Source: an uncultured Bacilli bacterium (GTDB lineage Bacteria; Bacillota_I; Bacilli_A; RF39; UBA660). From it: DNA of 64,000 bases. A program made the translations under genes and the position numbers. The stretch lies in the NCBI GenBank assembly GCA_934096175.1, contig CAKOLG010000001.1:117736-181735 (forward strand), written 5' to 3'. Below are positions 8,739 through 20,060 of the stretch, one piece after another. Numbering within the stretch: position 1 is the first letter of the stretch; the number at the start of each line of letters is the position of its first letter. The notes below the pieces were generated by a model that did no database searches, had not been told where the DNA came from, and saw only the letters and a list, made by a program, of their open reading frames with translations.

Positions 8739-11213
8739 CTACTCTGAAACATCTTGATTAATTACATCAGATGATGAAATTTCAACATTTTCCAAATTAG
8801 CTTCTTCTTTTTCTTTCTCAACCAAACTTATAGTAGCAACAGTATGATCATCCTTTAAATTAATTAACCTTACACCTTGAGTAACTCTTCCTAAAACAGA
8901 TATTTGCTCTAAAGGCATTCTCATAACCATACCAGCATCTGTAATAATAACAATATCAGAATTAGGTTTAGCTATCTTAAACGATGCAATATCACCATTC
9001 TTTTCAGTAATACTTAAAGCCTTAACACCTTTACTTCCTCTATTTGTTTGTCTATACTCACAAACATTTGTTTGTTTACCGTAACCTTTCTTAGTTACAA
9101 TCATCACTACATCATCATCTGAAGCTATTTCAGCCCCAATACAAGACGAATCATCTAAATCAATACCTTTTACACCAGAAGCTGTTCTTCCCATTATACG
9201 GACGTCTTTTTCATTAAATTTAACCATTCGGCCATTACTTGACCCAAGCAATACAAAATCATTTCCAGATGTCTTTCTAACAGCAATTAACTCATCATCT
9301 TCCCTTAAAGTTATACAAATTTTTCCACCAGATCTTATAGAATCAAATTCAGCAACTGCCGTCCTCTTAACAAGACCTGACTTAGTAACAAATAATAAAT
9401 TACTAACTTCTTCCTCAGGCGAAATCTTAATTATTGAATTAACCATTTCATCCTTTTCAATTTGCAATAAATTCACAACTGGCAATCCTTTAGACTGTCT
9501 ACTAAATTCAGGTATTTCATAACCCTTTAACCTATAAACCTTACCCTTATTAGTAAAGAATAATACATGATCATGTGTTTGAATATTAATCATATGCTCA
9601 ACAAAATCTTCCTCATTTGTTGCCATACCTTTAATTCCAACACCACCTCTATTTTGAGATTTAAACGTATCTGAAGTCGTTCTCTTAATATAACCCTTAT
9701 GAGTCAACGCAATAATAACATCTTCATTTGGAATTAACGATTCATCTTCTATATAATCAATCGCTGTCATATCAATCTTTGTACGACGTTCATCACCAAA
9801 CTTACTCTTTATTTCTAACATTTCCTCTTTTATTATATTTAATACTTTTGCCTCACTAGCTAGTATAGAACGTAATTCTTCAATTTCTTTCATCAATTCA
9901 GCTAACTCAGCTTCTATTTTATCTCTTTCCAAACCAGTTAATCTACGTAACTTCATTTCTAAAATTGCTTGTGCTTGAATTTCTGTCAAACCAAACTTAG
10001 TCATTAAACCAGTTAAAGCTTCTTGATCACTTTTAGATGCTCTTATTAACTTTACAACCTCATCAATATTATCTAAAGCAATTTTTAAACCTTCTAATAT
10101 ATGTGCTCTTTTTTCTGCCTTATCTAAATTAAATCTAGTTCTTCTAATAATAACCTCTTTTTGATAATCAATATACTTAAGCAAAATACTCTTTAAACCC
10201 AAAGTCTTTGGCGTACCTTGATCCAACATCAAAAATATTATTCCATAATTAGTTTGAAAATCTGTATGTTTATATAATTGATTTAAAATTACCTGTGGAT
10301 TAGCATCCTTTTTTAAAGTAATTGTTATTTTTACGCCGTTTTTTAAATCAGTATGATAATCTGTAATACCATCAATTATCTTATTATGAACCAAATCTGC
10401 TACTTTATTTTTTAATTCCAACGTATTTACGCCATATGGAACCTCATCAACAATTATATAATGTCTTCCATTTTTTTCTTCAATTGTAGCTTTCGCTCTT
10501 ATTGTAATTGAACCTCTTCCTGTTTCATAAGCTCTTTTAATGCCAGAATTTCCAAGAATTATCCCCCCTGTTGGGAAATCTGGTCCAGGAACAAACTTCA
10601 TCAAATCATCTAACTCAATATCAGGATTGTCGATAACTGCAACACAACCATCAATAACTTCACCTAAATTATGCGGTGGAATATTTGTTGCCATACCAAC
10701 CGCAATTCCCATTGTTCCATTAACTAAAATATTAGGAAATCTTGATGGTAATATAGCAGGCTCTCTTTCTGAATCATCAAAATTAGGTATCATATCAACT
10801 GTATCCTTGTTGATATCCCTTAATAATTCCAAAGATATTTTTGAAAGTCTAGACTCAGTGTAACGCATCGCTGCTGCCCCATAACCTTCAATATTACCAA
10901 AATTACCATGTCCATCAACTAACATATATCTATATGAAAAGTCTTGAGCCATTCTAACCATTGCTTCATAAATACTAGAGTCACCATGTGGATGATATTT
11001 ACCCATTACATCTCCGACAATTCTAGCACTTTTCTTATGTGGTTTATCTGGAGTATATCCAGACTCATACATCGAATACAAAATTCTTCTATGAACTGGC
11101 TTCAAACCATCTCTTAAATCTGGTAATGCACGTGCAACTATTACACTCATCGAATAATCCAAAAAAGAATCTTTAACTTCTTTAACAATATTATTTTGTT
11201 CTAATCTGTCCAC
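8739..11213 (-). CDS. gyrA: DNA gyrase subunit A
   Basis: AAAMRYTE catalytic-Tyr motif, QRGG-like box and C-terminal beta-pinwheel repeats. Adjacent to gyrB. Confidence 0.95.
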   Translation of the reverse strand: MDRLEQNNIVKEVKDSFLDYSMSVIVARALPDLRDGLKPVHRRILYSMYESGYTPDKPHKKSARIVGDVMGKYHPHGDSSIYEAMVRMAQDFSYRYMLVDGHGNFGNIEGYGAAAMRYTESRLSKISLELLRDINKDTVDMIPNFDDSEREPAILPSRFPNILVNGTMGIAVGMATNIPPHNLGEVIDGCVAVIDNPDIELDDLMKFVPGPDFPTGGIILGNSGIKRAYETGRGSITIRAKATIEEKNGRHYIIVDEVPYGVNTLELKNKVADLVHNKIIDGITDYHTDLKNGVKITITLKKDANPQVILNQLYKHTDFQTNYGIIFLMLDQGTPKTLGLKSILLKYIDYQKEVIIRRTRFNLDKAEKRAHILEGLKIALDNIDEVVKLIRASKSDQEALTGLMTKFGLTEIQAQAILEMKLRRLTGLERDKIEAELAELMKEIEELRSILASEAKVLNIIKEEMLEIKSKFGDERRTKIDMTAIDYIEDESLIPNEDVIIALTHKGYIKRTTSDTFKSQNRGGVGIKGMATNEEDFVEHMINIQTHDHVLFFTNKGKVYRLKGYEIPEFSRQSKGLPVVNLLQIEKDEMVNSIIKISPEEEVSNLLFVTKSGLVKRTAVAEFDSIRSGGKICITLREDDELIAVRKTSGNDFVLLGSSNGRMVKFNEKDVRIMGRTASGVKGIDLDDSSCIGAEIASDDDVVMIVTKKGYGKQTNVCEYRQTNRGSKGVKALSITEKNGDIASFKIAKPNSDIVIITDAGMVMRMPLEQISVLGRVTQGVRLINLKDDHTVATISLVEKEKEEANLENVEISSSDVINQDVSE

Positions 11214-11226
11214 AACAATTCACCTC

Positions 11227-13140
11227 CTACGCATCCAAATTTTGTACAAAGCCAGCATTTTGTTCAATAAATTGACGTCTAGGTTCAACCTCATCGCCCA
11301 TCAATTTAGAGAATACTTCATCTGCAGCTCTTGCATCATCTAATGTAATTTGTCTTAAAACTCTTTTTTCAATATCCATTGTTGTTTCATTTAACTCTTC
11401 TGCGTCCATTTCGCCTAAACCTTTCATACGTAATATATCTTTTTTAGTTTCAGGCTTTAATGTTGCCAAATATTCATCTCTTTCTTCATCATTAAGAACA
11501 TATTTAATTGTTTGGCCATGTTTTATACAATAAAGAGGTGGCTGTGCTGCATAAACATGTCCTGCTTCAACAATAGGTTTAAAAAATCTATAAAATAAAG
11601 TTAATAATAATACTCTAATATGAGCTCCATCAACATCAGCATCTGTCATTATAATAATTTTATTATATCTTAATTTAGATAAATCAAACTCATCACCTAT
11701 TCCCGTACCAAAAGCTGTAATAATAGTTCTAATTTCTTCATTACCTAAAGCACGGTCAAGTCTTGCTTTTTCAACATTTAATATTTTACCTCTTAAAGGA
11801 AGAATAGCTTGAGTCATACTATTTCTACCCTTTATTGCTGAACCACCAGCTGAATCTCCTTCGACAATAAATATTTCACATTCTGAAGGATCTTTACTTT
11901 TACAATCTGACAACTTACCATAAAAATTAGTTATATCAAGATCACCTTTACGACGAGTTAATTCTCTGGCTTTTTTCGCAGCTAATCTAGCACGAGATGC
12001 AGTCATTGACTTTTCAACAATTCTCTTAGATTGTTCTGGATTTTCTAGCAAAAATCTTTCTAAACCGTTACTAAAAACATCATCGGCAATTTTTCTCACC
12101 TCAGCATTACCAAGTTTAGTTTTTGTTTGACCCTCAAACTGTGGATCAGGATGCTTACAAGAAATTATCATTGTTAAACCTTCTCTTACATCATCACCAG
12201 TTAATGCATCATCATTATCCTTCAAAATTTTAGCACTTTTAGCATAATTATTAATAATTCTTGTTAATGCTCTTTTAACACCATCCTCATGAGTTCCACC
12301 TTCATAAGTATTAATATTATTTGTAAAAGAATATATTTGAGAATTATAATCTTCATTATATTGGAAAGCTACTTCTAAAGATATACCATCTTCTTGACCT
12401 TCAACATATACTACTTCATCATGAATAGGCTTTTTATTTTTATTAAGTTTTTTTACAAACTCAATAATTCCACCATTATACACAAATTCATCTTTTTTCT
12501 CATCTTCTCTTAAATCTTGCAAAATAATTCTCAAACCTTTATTTAAGAAAGCCAATTCCTCTAGTCTTGTTGCTAATGTATCATAATCATAAACTGTTGT
12601 TTCTTTGAATATAGTAGGATCTGCCGCAAATGTTACAGTTGTACCAGTTCTCTCAGGATCACAATCAGCAATTACTTTTAATGGTTCTACAGCATGTCCA
12701 CCATTTTCAAATCTTTGAAAATAAACATGTCCATCACGATAAACTCTAACTTCTAACCAACTTGATAAGGCATTAACTACTGATGCTCCTACGCCATGTA
12801 ATCCACCAGATACCTTATATCCGCCGCCACCGAATTTACCACCTGCATGTAAAACAGTAAATATTGTTTCTATTGTCGACAACCCTGTTTTACTATTAAT
12901 TCCTGTTGGCATACCACGACCATCATCTTTTACTGTAATAACATTATTTTTTTCAATAATAACTTCGATATCATCACAATAACCTGCTAATGATTCATCA
13001 ACAGCATTATCTACTATTTCCCACACAAGATGATGTAAACCTCTAGAACTTGTAGTTCCAATATACATACCAGGTCTTTTTCTAACTGCTTCAAGTCCTT
13101 CTAATACTTGAATATCACTATCTCCATATTCTTGTTTCAT
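11227..13140 (-). CDS. gyrB: DNA gyrase subunit B
   Basis: GHKL ATPase ([16 protein letters not shown]), Toprim EGDSAGG, and [12 protein letters not shown]. Confidence 0.95.
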   Translation of the reverse strand: MKQEYGDSDIQVLEGLEAVRKRPGMYIGTTSSRGLHHLVWEIVDNAVDESLAGYCDDIEVIIEKNNVITVKDDGRGMPTGINSKTGLSTIETIFTVLHAGGKFGGGGYKVSGGLHGVGASVVNALSSWLEVRVYRDGHVYFQRFENGGHAVEPLKVIADCDPERTGTTVTFAADPTIFKETTVYDYDTLATRLEELAFLNKGLRIILQDLREDEKKDEFVYNGGIIEFVKKLNKNKKPIHDEVVYVEGQEDGISLEVAFQYNEDYNSQIYSFTNNINTYEGGTHEDGVKRALTRIINNYAKSAKILKDNDDALTGDDVREGLTMIISCKHPDPQFEGQTKTKLGNAEVRKIADDVFSNGLERFLLENPEQSKRIVEKSMTASRARLAAKKARELTRRKGDLDITNFYGKLSDCKSKDPSECEIFIVEGDSAGGSAIKGRNSMTQAILPLRGKILNVEKARLDRALGNEEIRTIITAFGTGIGDEFDLSKLRYNKIIIMTDADVDGAHIRVLLLTLFYRFFKPIVEAGHVYAAQPPLYCIKHGQTIKYVLNDEERDEYLATLKPETKKDILRMKGLGEMDAEELNETTMDIEKRVLRQITLDDARAADEVFSKLMGDEVEPRRQFIEQNAGFVQNLDA

Positions 13141-13141
13141 A

Positions 13142-14230
13142 TTAATCCACCCTCACTTCTCCATCTGAAACTTTAAATAATCTACTATTATCTAATATAT
13201 ACTGATTAATTTTATCAATCTCTGTAGTAGTTATAAAAGTTTGAATGTTTTTATTTATTAAATTAAGTATATTATTAATTTTTTCTTTATCAAGTTCACT
13301 AAACAAGTCATCTAGTATCAAAATAGGATAACTTTTTCTTATTTCAAAAAATATTTCTAATTCACACAACTTATACGCTATAATTGCATTTTTTTGTTGA
13401 CCTTCTGAGCCATAATCTCTAATACTAGAACTGCCTAATTTAAACTTAATATCATCATGATGAATACCAAAAGTTGTTTTTCCCAAAATAATATCCCTAT
13501 TTAAATCTGTATTATATTTTTTTATAATCTTTTCTTTATCAAAATCTTTATAGTCTGAACTATATTCAAGTTGCAAATCAGACAAACCACATATTTTATA
13601 ATAAAAATTAGAAATCTTACTATTAATCATTTCAATATATTTTTTTCTTGCATTAAATATTTTTTCGCCTACATCAACCAATTTACTAGTTAAAATATTT
13701 AAATAATCGTAAGACGAATTAGCATTAATATTTAAAGCTTTTAAATATACATTTCTTTGTTTTAACAATTTATTATAAACATTAAGATTTTTTAAATAAG
13801 CATTATTAATTTGTGATATTTCTAAATTAATTGCATTTCTCCTAATACTAGGAGAATCTTTAATAAATCTAAGATCATCAGGATTAAAGAGTACAATACT
13901 AATCTTTGATATATAATCACTTAACTTTTCTATACTCGTATTATTAACTTTTACCTTTTTTTCCCCATCTTTTATAATTATTTTATATTTTGTTTCGCCA
14001 CTATCTTCAATATTCCCTTCAACTCTACACACTTCTTCGTTGTGCATAATTAATACTTTATTAACAGTATTCCTAAAAGATTTAGTAAGCGCTAGTACAT
14101 AAATAGCTTCTACAAGATTTGTCTTTCCTGAGCCATTATTTCCATAAATAATATTATACTTATCAGAAAAAGTTAGGTCTATTTTTTTATAATTTCGAAA
14201 ATTTAATAATTTCATTTGATGTATTTTCAT
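13142..14230 (-). CDS. recF: DNA replication and repair protein RecF
   Basis: Walker [10 protein letters not shown] and ABC signature. The preferred start is ATG 14230 ([14 protein letters not shown]) with RBS AAGAGG. The track's 14299 start adds 23 atypical residues. Confidence 0.85.
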   Translation of the reverse strand: MKIHQMKLLNFRNYKKIDLTFSDKYNIIYGNNGSGKTNLVEAIYVLALTKSFRNTVNKVLIMHNEEVCRVEGNIEDSGETKYKIIIKDGEKKVKVNNTSIEKLSDYISKISIVLFNPDDLRFIKDSPSIRRNAINLEISQINNAYLKNLNVYNKLLKQRNVYLKALNINANSSYDYLNILTSKLVDVGEKIFNARKKYIEMINSKISNFYYKICGLSDLQLEYSSDYKDFDKEKIIKKYNTDLNRDIILGKTTFGIHHDDIKFKLGSSSIRDYGSEGQQKNAIIAYKLCELEIFFEIRKSYPILILDDLFSELDKEKINNILNLINKNIQTFITTTEIDKINQYILDNSRLFKVSDGEVRVD

Positions 14231-14336
14231 TTTTAAGCCTCTTTTACGACCATAGATTAAAAAAAAGTATTTTTTAGTACTCCCATACCACAATACCATT
14301 ATAACACAAAAAAACTACCTTAGAGTAGCTTTTTTA

Positions 14337-14786
14337 CTATTTTTTATCAATTTTTCTTAATTGTAGAGCTTCTTTTAATCTTGAACATCTGTATAATTGA
14401 TTATCAATAATTGCTGATGATACATCAACAAGAATCTTTTTCCCATTTTTAAGTTCTATAATTGTTTTATCCTTAAATTTATCTGGTTTAAAAATATGAG
14501 AATAACTCAACCAAGAACATTCTTCATTTTTAGGTGATAATGTTGGAAAAAAAATCAAATCAAAGCTTTCCTCTACAATAATTGGTACCTTATGCGTAAA
14601 ACCGATTATCTTCGATGTCCCCACCTGTCTTCCTTCTAATGAACTACCAAAGTATTCACAACTTTCTTCAACTATTTGTAATGGTGTTTTATCAACAACA
14701 AAAGAATTATCCTCCTCATAAACAATAGTTTTTTTATCTTTTGGAACTAACGCAATCGTATTTTTATTAATTTCATATGATTCCAT
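14337..14786 (-). CDS. comK: competence transcription factor ComK-family protein
   Basis: From the ATG at 14786 (strong RBS GGGAGG): MESYEINKNTIALVP...TPLQIVEESCEYFGSSLEGRQVGT...VPIIVEESFDLIFFPTLS. This aligns closely with B. subtilis ComK (ESYEVNGATIAVLP...KPLQIVDRSCRFFGSSYAGRKAGT...PPIMVDPSNQIFLFPTLS). Confidence 0.7.
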   Translation of the reverse strand: MESYEINKNTIALVPKDKKTIVYEEDNSFVVDKTPLQIVEESCEYFGSSLEGRQVGTSKIIGFTHKVPIIVEESFDLIFFPTLSPKNEECSWLSYSHIFKPDKFKDKTIIELKNGKKILVDVSSAIIDNQLYRCSRLKEALQLRKIDKK

Positions 14787-14913
14787 TTTAAAACCTCCCT
14801 TTCTTCCAAAATTTACCAACCTTTTAACAAATTTTATTGTCGAAAAAAATCGTTTTAAGTCGATAAAACGACAAAAAAGCAAAAAAATCGACAAAAATAA
14901 AAAAAATTACAGC

Positions 14914-14941
14914 CAAAAAAAAACCACTTTTCGCGGTTTTT
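14914..14941 (-). terminator. rho-independent terminator downstream of dnaN (bidirectional hairpin)
   Basis: Minus-strand ACCGCgaaaaGUGGU stem (one G-U pair) followed by a U9 run, directly after the dnaN stop. Confidence 0.45.
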
Positions 14942-14947
14942 AAATTT

Positions 14948-16066
14948 TTAATAAGTTTTAATTGGTAAAATTAATTGTATCAAAGATTCATCTGATATTG
15001 ATTTAATTACAATTGGTTTAACCTCACCATTTAATAATATTAATATCTCTTCATCTTTCATTGTTTTAAGTGCATCTAACATATATTTTGCACTAAATGA
15101 AATATCTATATTAGCATCTGTACTTGTTTCTATATCTAACTTTTCTTCTACTTTTCCTATTTCAGATGCATATGAATTAATAATCATTTGATTATTTTTA
15201 ATTTTCATTTTTACTATATTTTTATCTTTACTTTGTGTAAGTAAAGCTGCTCTATCAATAGCTGAATAATAATTATCTAATTTAGTATTAACAATTATCG
15301 AAAAATCTGTAGGTATTAAATTTGATGTATTAGGATACGTCCCAGATAATAAATTACTTTGAAAAATAATGTTTTTATACTTAAATAAAATTTTATTTGA
15401 AAATACATGCATTTCAACATTTTCATCTTCTGTAATAATTTTGTCTAATTCTATAATATTTTTACCAGGAATAACAATATTTATATCTTCTTCTGAAGGA
15501 GTTTGTAACTTAATATTTTTTTTAGCTAATCTGTAAGAATCTGTAGCAATACATTCTAACAAATCTCCAACTATCTTAAAATTAAGTCCTGTCAATAATG
15601 GTCTTAACTCTTGCGTAGAAATAGCAAAAGCAGTTTGACTAATTATTGTTTTAAAAGTATTACCACCTATTATAATTGGATTATTACGTTCTTCTAATTT
15701 TAAAGATGGATATTCTTTAGGATCTAAACAATTTAAATCATATTGACTATTATCAGAATATATTTTAATTTTTAAACCATCCATTAATTCAAAATTTATC
15801 AAATCAGATGGCATCTTTCTTATAATATCTAAAATATATTTACTTTGTATTATAATAGATCCTTCACTTTCTATATTCTTTATAGCTTTTTTTTCAATGA
15901 AAGATCTAATTGTTAACTCACTATCACTAGCTGTTAAGAATAAACCTTCATCATTTAAATCAAATTTTACTCCATTTAATATAGGTATAATATTTTTTGT
16001 CGAAATAGCTTTAACAACATTTGATAAATTTTCTAATAGTATATTTTTTTCAATTGTAAATTTCAT
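14948..16066 (-). CDS. dnaN: DNA polymerase III beta sliding clamp
   Basis: 372 aa three-domain clamp. Canonical position between dnaA and recF. Confidence 0.9.
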   Translation of the reverse strand: MKFTIEKNILLENLSNVVKAISTKNIIPILNGVKFDLNDEGLFLTASDSELTIRSFIEKKAIKNIESEGSIIIQSKYILDIIRKMPSDLINFELMDGLKIKIYSDNSQYDLNCLDPKEYPSLKLEERNNPIIIGGNTFKTIISQTAFAISTQELRPLLTGLNFKIVGDLLECIATDSYRLAKKNIKLQTPSEEDINIVIPGKNIIELDKIITEDENVEMHVFSNKILFKYKNIIFQSNLLSGTYPNTSNLIPTDFSIIVNTKLDNYYSAIDRAALLTQSKDKNIVKMKIKNNQMIINSYASEIGKVEEKLDIETSTDANIDISFSAKYMLDALKTMKDEEILILLNGEVKPIVIKSISDESLIQLILPIKTY

Positions 16067-16219
16067 TTTTTTTCCTTCTTTCTTATTTCTTTTATAAATT
16101 TTTTATTATTATTATAAAGTGAATAATGTTGATAACTTATTTTTTATCCACAAATATCGTCATTTTTTTAAAAATTAACTTGTTAATAAACCATAAAATA
16201 TTAACAATTAATTAACAAT
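16067..16219. promoter_or_regulatory. dnaA-dnaN intergenic AT-rich region with DnaA boxes (part of bipartite oriC)
   Basis: Perfect DnaA box TTATCCACA at 16144-16152 and a one-mismatch box (tgttgataa) at ~16128-16136. The region is very AT-rich, consistent with a DUE. Confidence 0.55.
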
Positions 16220-17593
16220 TTATAATTTTGCTTTAATTTCATTAATAATTTCTTTTAATTGAGAGTTACTTTTTAAATCTTCTTCAATTTTATCACATGC
16301 GTGAATAACAGTTGAATGGTCCCTACCCCCAAATTCTAAGCCAATTCGTGGAAAAGACTGATCTGTTAAAATTCTACATAGATACATAGCTAACATTCTC
16401 GGATAAGCAATATTAGCGCTTCTTTTTTTACCTTTTAAAACTTCAACCGTTAACTTGTAATAATCAGCAACTGCTTTTTGAATACTTACTATATCATTCA
16501 TTATATATGGATTTTTTGTTATATAATCTTTTAAAGCCTCATTTGTAAAATCCAAATCTATTTTTTCTGGCACACACATCGCCGTATATGCTACAAGCCT
16601 ATTAATTGCACCTTCCAAGCTTCTAACATCTGTATCACAATTATTAGCAATAAATTCTATCGCTTCATCAGTCATTTTATCCCCTATATTTAAATGTTTG
16701 ATCTTATCCTTTATAATTCTGCACCTTAAATCAAAATCAGGTGGATATATATCAACCGGTAATCCCCAAGCAAACCTACTTCTTAGACGTTCCTCTAAAA
16801 GCTTTAAATCTTCAGGAGATCTATCTGAACTTATAATAATTTGCTTATTTCTTCCATGTAAATCATTAAAAGTATGAAAGAATTCTTCTTGAGTTTTTTC
16901 TGCTCCAACTAAATATTGAATATCATCAATTATTAATACATCAATATTTCTATATTTATTTTTAAATTCATTTGCATAATCTAAAGAATTTTCATTAGAA
17001 TTGGCAATTCCTGTATAATCTTTTCTAAAATCATCACTAGTAGTATAGAGCACTTTTAAATTAGCATTATTTTCTGCAATATAATTACCTATTGCATGCA
17101 TTAAGTGAGTTTTGCCAAGTCCACTCTTTCCATATATAAATAATGGATTATATTGTACTCCAGGATTTTGCGCAACTGCAAACGCAGCTGTTCTTGCAAA
17201 TTTATTTGTATCTCCGACTACGAAGTTATCAAAATTTAATGATTTATTAAGGTTACTTTCATAAGGTTTAATCTCTTGTTTGTTGATAACTATTTCTTTA
17301 TCAACAACCTGATTAATTATTTGGTCTACATTTGATTTTATTTCATCTTCTAGTAAACACTCAATTTCTCTTTCGATACCTGTAACCTTTATAAAAGCAT
17401 CATTAATTAATTCATAATAATTTGATAAAAGCATACGTTTATGTAAAGACATAGGTACTTGTAAAATGATTTTTTTATCATTTATCTCATGTAATTTAGT
17501 TTCACCAAACCATGTACTAAATGATACAGGATGCAGTTCTTTTTTTATAATTTCGAGAACATTACTCCAAATATCATTTGAATTCAAAACCAT
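16220..17593 (-). CDS. dnaA: chromosomal replication initiator DnaA
   Basis: AAA+ Walker A GKSGLGKTHL and C-terminal DnaA-box-binding domain. The preferred ATG at 17593 (MVLNSNDIWSNVLEI) is used rather than the track start at 17656. Confidence 0.9.
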   Translation of the reverse strand: MVLNSNDIWSNVLEIIKKELHPVSFSTWFGETKLHEINDKKIILQVPMSLHKRMLLSNYYELINDAFIKVTGIEREIECLLEDEIKSNVDQIINQVVDKEIVINKQEIKPYESNLNKSLNFDNFVVGDTNKFARTAAFAVAQNPGVQYNPLFIYGKSGLGKTHLMHAIGNYIAENNANLKVLYTTSDDFRKDYTGIANSNENSLDYANEFKNKYRNIDVLIIDDIQYLVGAEKTQEEFFHTFNDLHGRNKQIIISSDRSPEDLKLLEERLRSRFAWGLPVDIYPPDFDLRCRIIKDKIKHLNIGDKMTDEAIEFIANNCDTDVRSLEGAINRLVAYTAMCVPEKIDLDFTNEALKDYITKNPYIMNDIVSIQKAVADYYKLTVEVLKGKKRSANIAYPRMLAMYLCRILTDQSFPRIGLEFGGRDHSTVIHACDKIEEDLKSNSQLKEIINEIKAKL

Positions 17594-17897
17594 CACCCCA
17601 CTTCGCACCAATTTGTACAAATATTTTAACGCAAGCTGTGGAAAAATAAAAGCCATAAATTATCTTTTTTTAGTAATTAACAGCTTGTCCACAAAGTTAA
17701 TAACAAAAATAATTCGTAAAATATTAGAAATAATATAGTTATTAACATTGTTAACAATTTTTAATTAACAAGTGAAAAAAGTTATCCACATATCCACAGG
17801 TAACTGTTGATAAAAAAATAAAAAATAGATTTTCTTGACAATTTTAATTCGTTAATATTATAATAAGGAAGCTTATTTAGATGTGGAGGTGTAATAT
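17594..17897. promoter_or_regulatory. oriC / dnaA upstream region with DnaA boxes and rpmH promoter
   Basis: DnaA boxes TTATCCACA at 17782-17790, TATCCACAG at 17791-17799 and TTGTCCACA at 17685-17693. There is a TTTTCCACA-like box on the other strand at ~17637-17646. The region lies between divergent dnaA and rpmH. Confidence 0.7.
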
Positions 17898-18023
17898 ATG
17901 AAAAGAACTTATCAACCAAATAATAGAAAAAGAGCAAAAAAACACGGTTTTTTCGCTAGAAAAGAGTCTAATATTTTAAATCAAAGAAGAAGTAAAGGAC
18001 GCAAAAGAATAGTTGTAAAATAA
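17898..18023 (+). CDS. rpmH: 50S ribosomal protein L34
   Basis: 41-aa [44 protein letters not shown]. It is absent from the ORF track (<60 aa) and has a GGAGG RBS upstream. Confidence 0.95.
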   Translation: MKRTYQPNNRKRAKKHGFFARKESNILNQRRSKGRKRIVVK

Positions 18024-18048
18024 GCCACTGATAAAGTGGCTTTTTCTG
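18024..18048 (+). terminator. hairpin + T-run after rpmH (partial terminator/attenuator before rnpA)
   Basis: GCCACTgataaAGTGGC stem followed by TTTTTCTG. Confidence 0.5.
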
Positions 18049-18061
18049 TAATAAGGGTGAA

Positions 18062-18385
18062 ATGATGAAAAGAGCAGAAACAATTAAATCAAAAGTAGAT
18101 TTTAATAGAATAATAAAAAATGGTCAATATTTTAAAAATGAATATTATGTTATATATAAGGAAAAAAATGAAAATAATGAAGAATTGTATGGCATAGCAA
18201 TCAGCAAAAAGGTAGGAAAAGCTTTTTTGAGAAATAAACTAAAACGCCAAACTAGAGCAATTATAGATAAAAACAGAAAAACATTTAAAAAAGGTTACAA
18301 TTATATTATAATGATAAGGAAGAACTGCGCTAATGCAAATTATAATCAATTAGATTTTGCATTAAGTAGTTTAATAGAAAAATAG
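18062..18385 (+). CDS. rnpA: ribonuclease P protein component
   Basis: Basic ~107-aa protein following rpmH. It contains an RNR-like motif (KLKRQTRAI). Confidence 0.85.
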   Translation: MMKRAETIKSKVDFNRIIKNGQYFKNEYYVIYKEKNENNEELYGIAISKKVGKAFLRNKLKRQTRAIIDKNRKTFKKGYNYIIMIRKNCANANYNQLDFALSSLIEK

Positions 18386-18393
18386 GTGAAAAA

Positions 18394-19332
18394 GTGAAGA
18401 AAAAAATAAAAATAGTACTTGTAGCAATATTATTAATTTTATGTACAGGTTGTACTAAAACGTTAAAAGATGGAAAAACGAGTGTAACCAACGAAAAAAC
18501 TGGACAAACTTTAACATCAAATATATTATGTCAACCAACAGATGCTGACTTATATGAAAAATATCAAGAATATGATGAAAGTTTGCAAGTAAGTTTAGAA
18601 GAACTCCCAACATGTGAATCATTTACTCCAAGAAAATTAAAATATAAAAGCTTATGGGAATCGATTTTTATAAAACCATTGGCATGGCTAATTTTAAAAT
18701 TAGGATATTTGATAAAAAATATGGGTGTATCAGTAATGATAATAGGATTATTGATTAGAATAATAATTTTACCAATTCAGATAAAATCAGTTATTCAATC
18801 AGATAATATGAAAAAAGCCCAACCAGAAATAGCCAAAATAGAAAAGAAATATAAAAATAGAACAGATAATGAATCATTAATGGCGAAAAGTCAAGAAACA
18901 ATGATGGTATATAAAAAATATAAAATAAACCCTATTAGCGGATGTTTAATGGCGTTTATTCAATTGCCTTTGTTCTTTGCTTTCCTAGAAGCAATTAACA
19001 GAGTACCAGCAATATTCGAAGGAACATTCCTAGGAATGAATTTAGGAATGACTCCAGTGACAGGAATTTCTCAACACAAATACATTTATATAATTTTGAT
19101 AATCTTGATAATATTAACGACATATTTATCATTCAAAAACTCTATGAAAAACCAAGAACAAAGTTCCGAAATGGGCGAACAAATGAAAATGATGTTTATT
19201 TTTATGATAGTAATGGTATCTGTAGCGTCTTTGAGTTTGCCTACAGCAATCGCTTTATACTGGATTGTTACTAATGGTTTTGCGGTAATTCAAAATTTAA
19301 TCATAAAAAAAGTAATTGAAAAGAGGAAGTAA
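18394..19332 (+). CDS. yidC: membrane protein insertase YidC/SpoIIIJ (lipoprotein-type)
   Basis: Lipobox LILCTGC, multiple TM helices and conserved position after rnpA. GTG start. Confidence 0.85.
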   Translation: MKKKIKIVLVAILLILCTGCTKTLKDGKTSVTNEKTGQTLTSNILCQPTDADLYEKYQEYDESLQVSLEELPTCESFTPRKLKYKSLWESIFIKPLAWLILKLGYLIKNMGVSVMIIGLLIRIIILPIQIKSVIQSDNMKKAQPEIAKIEKKYKNRTDNESLMAKSQETMMVYKKYKINPISGCLMAFIQLPLFFAFLEAINRVPAIFEGTFLGMNLGMTPVTGISQHKYIYIILIILIILTTYLSFKNSMKNQEQSSEMGEQMKMMFIFMIVMVSVASLSLPTAIALYWIVTNGFAVIQNLIIKKVIEKRK

Positions 19333-19334
19333 AA

Positions 19335-19946
19335 ATGAAGTTTGAAATTTTTGAAGGAAAAACAATTGAAGATGCAAAAAATGCAGCCTTATCTCAAATG
19401 AATGTTTCTGAAAGTGAAATATTATTTAAAACTGAAGAAAAAAAGGGAAAATTATTTAAGGCAACAACCTATATCTTTAAAGCAATAAAGATTTCAGATA
19501 TTCAAAATTTCTTAAAAACAAAGACAACAGAATTATTAAATAACATGGGAATAGATGTAAAAATTGAAAGTAGCATCAGAGATGATCAAATCAATTTAAA
19601 ACTATATTCAGATAAAAATAATATATTAATTGGTAAAAATGGTCAAACGCTACTAGCAATCCAAACAATATTACGTCAAATAGTTTATAATCAATTAGGT
19701 ATTTATCCATATATCTTAATTGACGTCGAAAATTACAAAGAAAAAAAGATTTCTAATTTAGAAAGAAATGCTAAAAAAATTGCCAAAGAAGTTTTAAAAA
19801 CTAAAATAGACGTAACACTAGATGATATGAATTCATACGAAAGAAGAATAGTTCACAATGCACTTTCGGAATTTAAAAATATTACAACAACGAGCGAAGG
19901 CGAAGAGCCAAACAGACATGTAGTTATCAAATATAAAGAAGATTAA
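19335..19946 (+). CDS. khpB: Jag/KhpB RNA-binding protein (KH + R3H domains)
   Basis: C-terminal R3H motif (YERRIVHNAL). Canonical position after yidC. Confidence 0.8.
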   Translation: MKFEIFEGKTIEDAKNAALSQMNVSESEILFKTEEKKGKLFKATTYIFKAIKISDIQNFLKTKTTELLNNMGIDVKIESSIRDDQINLKLYSDKNNILIGKNGQTLLAIQTILRQIVYNQLGIYPYILIDVENYKEKKISNLERNAKKIAKEVLKTKIDVTLDDMNSYERRIVHNALSEFKNITTTSEGEEPNRHVVIKYKED

Positions 19947-19957
19947 TCTTCTTTTTT

Positions 19958-19973
19958 TATTTCCCGGGAAATA
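19958..19973. promoter_or_regulatory. Noc-binding-site-like palindrome TATTTCCCGGGAAATA
   Basis: Contains a perfect 14-bp ATTTCCCGGGAAAT, identical to the B. subtilis NBS consensus. It lies 12 nt after the jag stop. The hairpin could also act as a weak terminator. Confidence 0.55.
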
Positions 19974-20060
19974 ATTTTTGATATACTATATATAACATAA
20001 TAAAAATATTTCCCAAGTACATAAATTGTGCTATAATACGAGCCAAAAGGAGTGAAGGCG

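Noticed and set aside
10540-10863. 107-aa plus-strand ORF inside gyrA
   Set aside because: Antisense shadow ORF within gyrA.
15897-16097. 66-aa plus-strand ORF overlapping dnaN start
   Set aside because: Antisense to dnaN and runs into the AT-rich DnaA-box region. No RBS.
17466-17738. 90-aa plus-strand ORF overlapping dnaA 5' end and oriC
   Set aside because: Antisense to dnaA and covers DnaA boxes. Not credible.
19958-19978. TATTTCCCGGGAAATA hairpin after jag as a rho-independent terminator
   Set aside because: The stem is short and AT-rich, with only a weak downstream T-run (ATTTTTG). The exact match to the NBS consensus is a better explanation. A dual role cannot be excluded.
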